Shown piece by piece: positions 61,943 through 64,000 of a stretch of DNA of 64,000 nucleotides. Made by a program: the position numbers and the translations under genes. The notes under the pieces are model-generated. The model was not told where the DNA came from, ran no database searches, and worked only from the letters and a program-made list of their open reading frames with translations. The stretch covers positions 1 through 64,000 of the forward strand of contig CAVTRC010000002.1 in NCBI GenBank assembly GCA_963737065.1, read 5' to 3'. Position 1 is the first letter of the stretch, and every line of letters begins with the position of its first letter. The DNA is from Candidatus Eremiobacteria bacterium. Its GTDB lineage: Bacteria; Vulcanimicrobiota; Vulcanimicrobiia; Vulcanimicrobiales; Vulcanimicrobiaceae.

Positions 61943-63163
61943 ATGGAACCCTTAGTCGTACGCGCAAAGACGATCGTGACGTGCGAAACCGTTGCCGCGC
62001 AAAACGGCATCACGTTCGATGCGCTCGGGCGCATCGACGATGCCGCGCTGATCGTCGACGGCCATCGGATCGCTGCGGTCGGGAAACGCACCGACATCGA
62101 ACGGTCGGTGCACGATCGGCCGGTCCGCGAACTGGACGTACGCGATTGCGTCGTCGTACCGGGCTTTGTCGACGCGCACGCGCATCCGCTCTTCGCCGGC
62201 GATCGTGAACCGGATTTTGCGGCGCGTCAGCGCGGCGAAAAGCCACTGCTTGGGATGCTCTACACCGTCGAACAGACACGCAATGCGTTACTCGAGCCCC
62301 ACCGCTTCTACGAACGAGTGATTCATCCGCGCTTGAAGATGTTGCTGGCGCACGGCACGACGACGCTCGAGACGAAGACCGGATACGCGCTGCACAAGCC
62401 CGGCGAAACGGAACTCCTCGACATCGTAGCAGCGCACACGAGCGACTACGACGTGCCGGCAATGATTGCAACGTTCTTGGGCGCGCATGCAGTGCCGCCC
62501 GAGTTCACAAACGAGAGCGCATACATCGATTATCTTATCGATCAGCTGGTGCCGTTGGCACACGCGCACGGTGCGGTCTATGCCGATGCGTTCTGCGAGC
62601 CCGGTTTCTTTTCGCCGGAAGAGACTCGCCGCTATCTCGAAGCGTGCCGCGCGCATGGCATGCGCTTGCGCGTACATTGCGACGAAATGAACTTCGGGCA
62701 TGCTGCCGAGATGGCCGTGGACGTCGGCGTGGACGCGGTCGATCACTGCAATTGCATTCGAGAGCAAGACGTCCGCGCGATCGCAGAGAGCCGTACCGTC
62801 ACGGTTGCGTGCCCCGCAACGATTGCGTACCTCGATCTCCCCAAGCGCGCACCGGTTCGCGAATTGCTCGAACGAGGCGCAGCCGTTGCGCTTGGGAGCG
62901 ACTACAATCCGGGAACGTCGCCGTGCTTCAACCTGCAGACGGTTGCGTACTTCGGCCGGAAACTCTTTGGGCTCACCGCCGCGGAAGCGCTCCACGGCGT
63001 GACCGTTGCCGCGGCGCGTTCGCTGCGGGTGCACGCCGGCGCCTTGCATGCCGGAGCGGTCGCGGACTTCGTTGCGCTGCGTATTGATTCTCCCGATGAA
63101 TTCGGATGGCAGCATGGCGGAAATCTCGCTGTTGCGGTCGTCCATCGTGGAGTCGTTCTTTGA
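61943..63163 (+). CDS. hutI: Imidazolonepropionase
   Basis: PGFVDAHAH, GTTTLETKTGY, TFLGAHAVP, DAFCE, SDYNPGTS. Confidence 0.92.
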   Translation: MEPLVVRAKTIVTCETVAAQNGITFDALGRIDDAALIVDGHRIAAVGKRTDIERSVHDRPVRELDVRDCVVVPGFVDAHAHPLFAGDREPDFAARQRGEKPLLGMLYTVEQTRNALLEPHRFYERVIHPRLKMLLAHGTTTLETKTGYALHKPGETELLDIVAAHTSDYDVPAMIATFLGAHAVPPEFTNESAYIDYLIDQLVPLAHAHGAVYADAFCEPGFFSPEETRRYLEACRAHGMRLRVHCDEMNFGHAAEMAVDVGVDAVDHCNCIREQDVRAIAESRTVTVACPATIAYLDLPKRAPVRELLERGAAVALGSDYNPGTSPCFNLQTVAYFGRKLFGLTAAEALHGVTVAAARSLRVHAGALHAGAVADFVALRIDSPDEFGWQHGGNLAVAVVHRGVVL

Positions 63164-64000
63164 GGACGTTACCGAACGAACTCGTGCGCTGCGCGCGCGC
63201 GCTGGTCGGCGGCGAGACGCGCTACGACTACGCGTTCGTCGTGCGCAACGGGCGCATCGAGGACGCCGGAGATTTCCCGGTCGTGGCGCAGCGTAATTCG
63301 CGGCTCACGGCTCGTTCGTTCCCCGCCGATCGTTTAATCGTCCCGGGATTCATTAACGGTCACAGCCACGCATATCAAATCTTGCTGCGCGGCTGGGCTG
63401 ACGATTGGACGTTCGCCAAATGGCGTAGTGACGCGCTCTACAAAGTCGTGCCGCAACTCACCCCCGATGACATCTATTGGACCTTCATCGCGGCGTTCTC
63501 GGAGATGCTCGGGGCCGGTATTACGACGGTGGCAGAGTTTTTTTACCTCAACGGCGCTGGGAATGCGCACGCCGAAGCCGCGATTCGGGCTGCCGACGAT
63601 ACGGGCATCCGGCTCGTGTTCGCCCGTACCTGGATGGATGCGGACTATGCGCCGCCGCAATTTCGTGAATCGATCGACGTAGCGCAATCGCGCACGTTGC
63701 AATTGATGCAAGCCTATCCCTGGGCGAACGTTTGTGTTGCGCCCCATTCGCTGCACGCGGCATCGCTTGATATGATTCGCGCCGCGGCCGATTTTGCGCG
63801 CGCGCACGACTGCATGATGCACGTGCACGCCGCGGAGGCGTCGTATGAAGGCGAAGCGACGCTTTCCAAGCACGGCGCAACGCCGATCAAGCTGCTCGAC
63901 CGGTTGGATTCACTCAACGATCGGACGATCGCCGTTCATGCGATCTACATCACCGCGGATGAAAAGCGTCTGCTTGGAGAGCGCGGCGCGCGTGTCATCC
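63160..64000 (+). CDS. Amidohydrolase, formiminoglutamate deiminase (HutF)-like; runs off the window end
   Basis: TTG overlaps the hutI stop; PGFINGHSHAYQ..LRG, EMLGAGITTVAEFFYL, APHSL, HVHAAE. Confidence 0.8.
   Translation, partial: MRTLPNELVRCARALVGGETRYDYAFVVRNGRIEDAGDFPVVAQRNSRLTARSFPADRLIVPGFINGHSHAYQILLRGWADDWTFAKWRSDALYKVVPQLTPDDIYWTFIAAFSEMLGAGITTVAEFFYLNGAGNAHAEAAIRAADDTGIRLVFARTWMDADYAPPQFRESIDVAQSRTLQLMQAYPWANVCVAPHSLHAASLDMIRAAADFARAHDCMMHVHAAEASYEGEATLSKHGATPIKLLDRLDSLNDRTIAVHAIYITADEKRLLGERGARVI

Overview
A 64-kb window of GC-rich (estimated ~60-65%) bacterial chromosome. The gene style suggests a Terrabacteria-group soil organism, possibly Eremiobacterota; this is inference only. 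The left ~17 kb is accessory-like: a mazEF toxin-antitoxin pair, an IS21 istB remnant, secreted hydrolases, two paralogous secreted glycoside-hydrolase-like lipoproteins, an internally deleted MFS gene and a PilZ protein. The rest is mostly housekeeping: a peptidoglycan-recycling operon (nagZ, AmiE-like, anmK, MurK-like, murQ, DUF4127), propionyl/methylmalonyl-CoA genes with fabI, clpC, methionine salvage mtnBDC and histidine utilisation hutH/hutUI(F). The best candidate for an undescribed system is at 3.1-5.8 kb. There, a 67-aa signal-peptide-bearing precursor with three synonymous-variant copies of DSIGGPS lies directly upstream of a ~495-aa helical-repeat protein with a C-terminal LuxR HTH, behind an 18-bp palindrome; this looks like a peptide-signalling cassette outside the RRNPP architecture. 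Other highlights are a ~200-nt structured ncRNA candidate with its own promoter and terminator, convergent on a WYL regulator, and an in-frame multicopper oxidase-ZIP transporter fusion. Eight +1 frameshifts in seven genes probably reflect sequencing errors.
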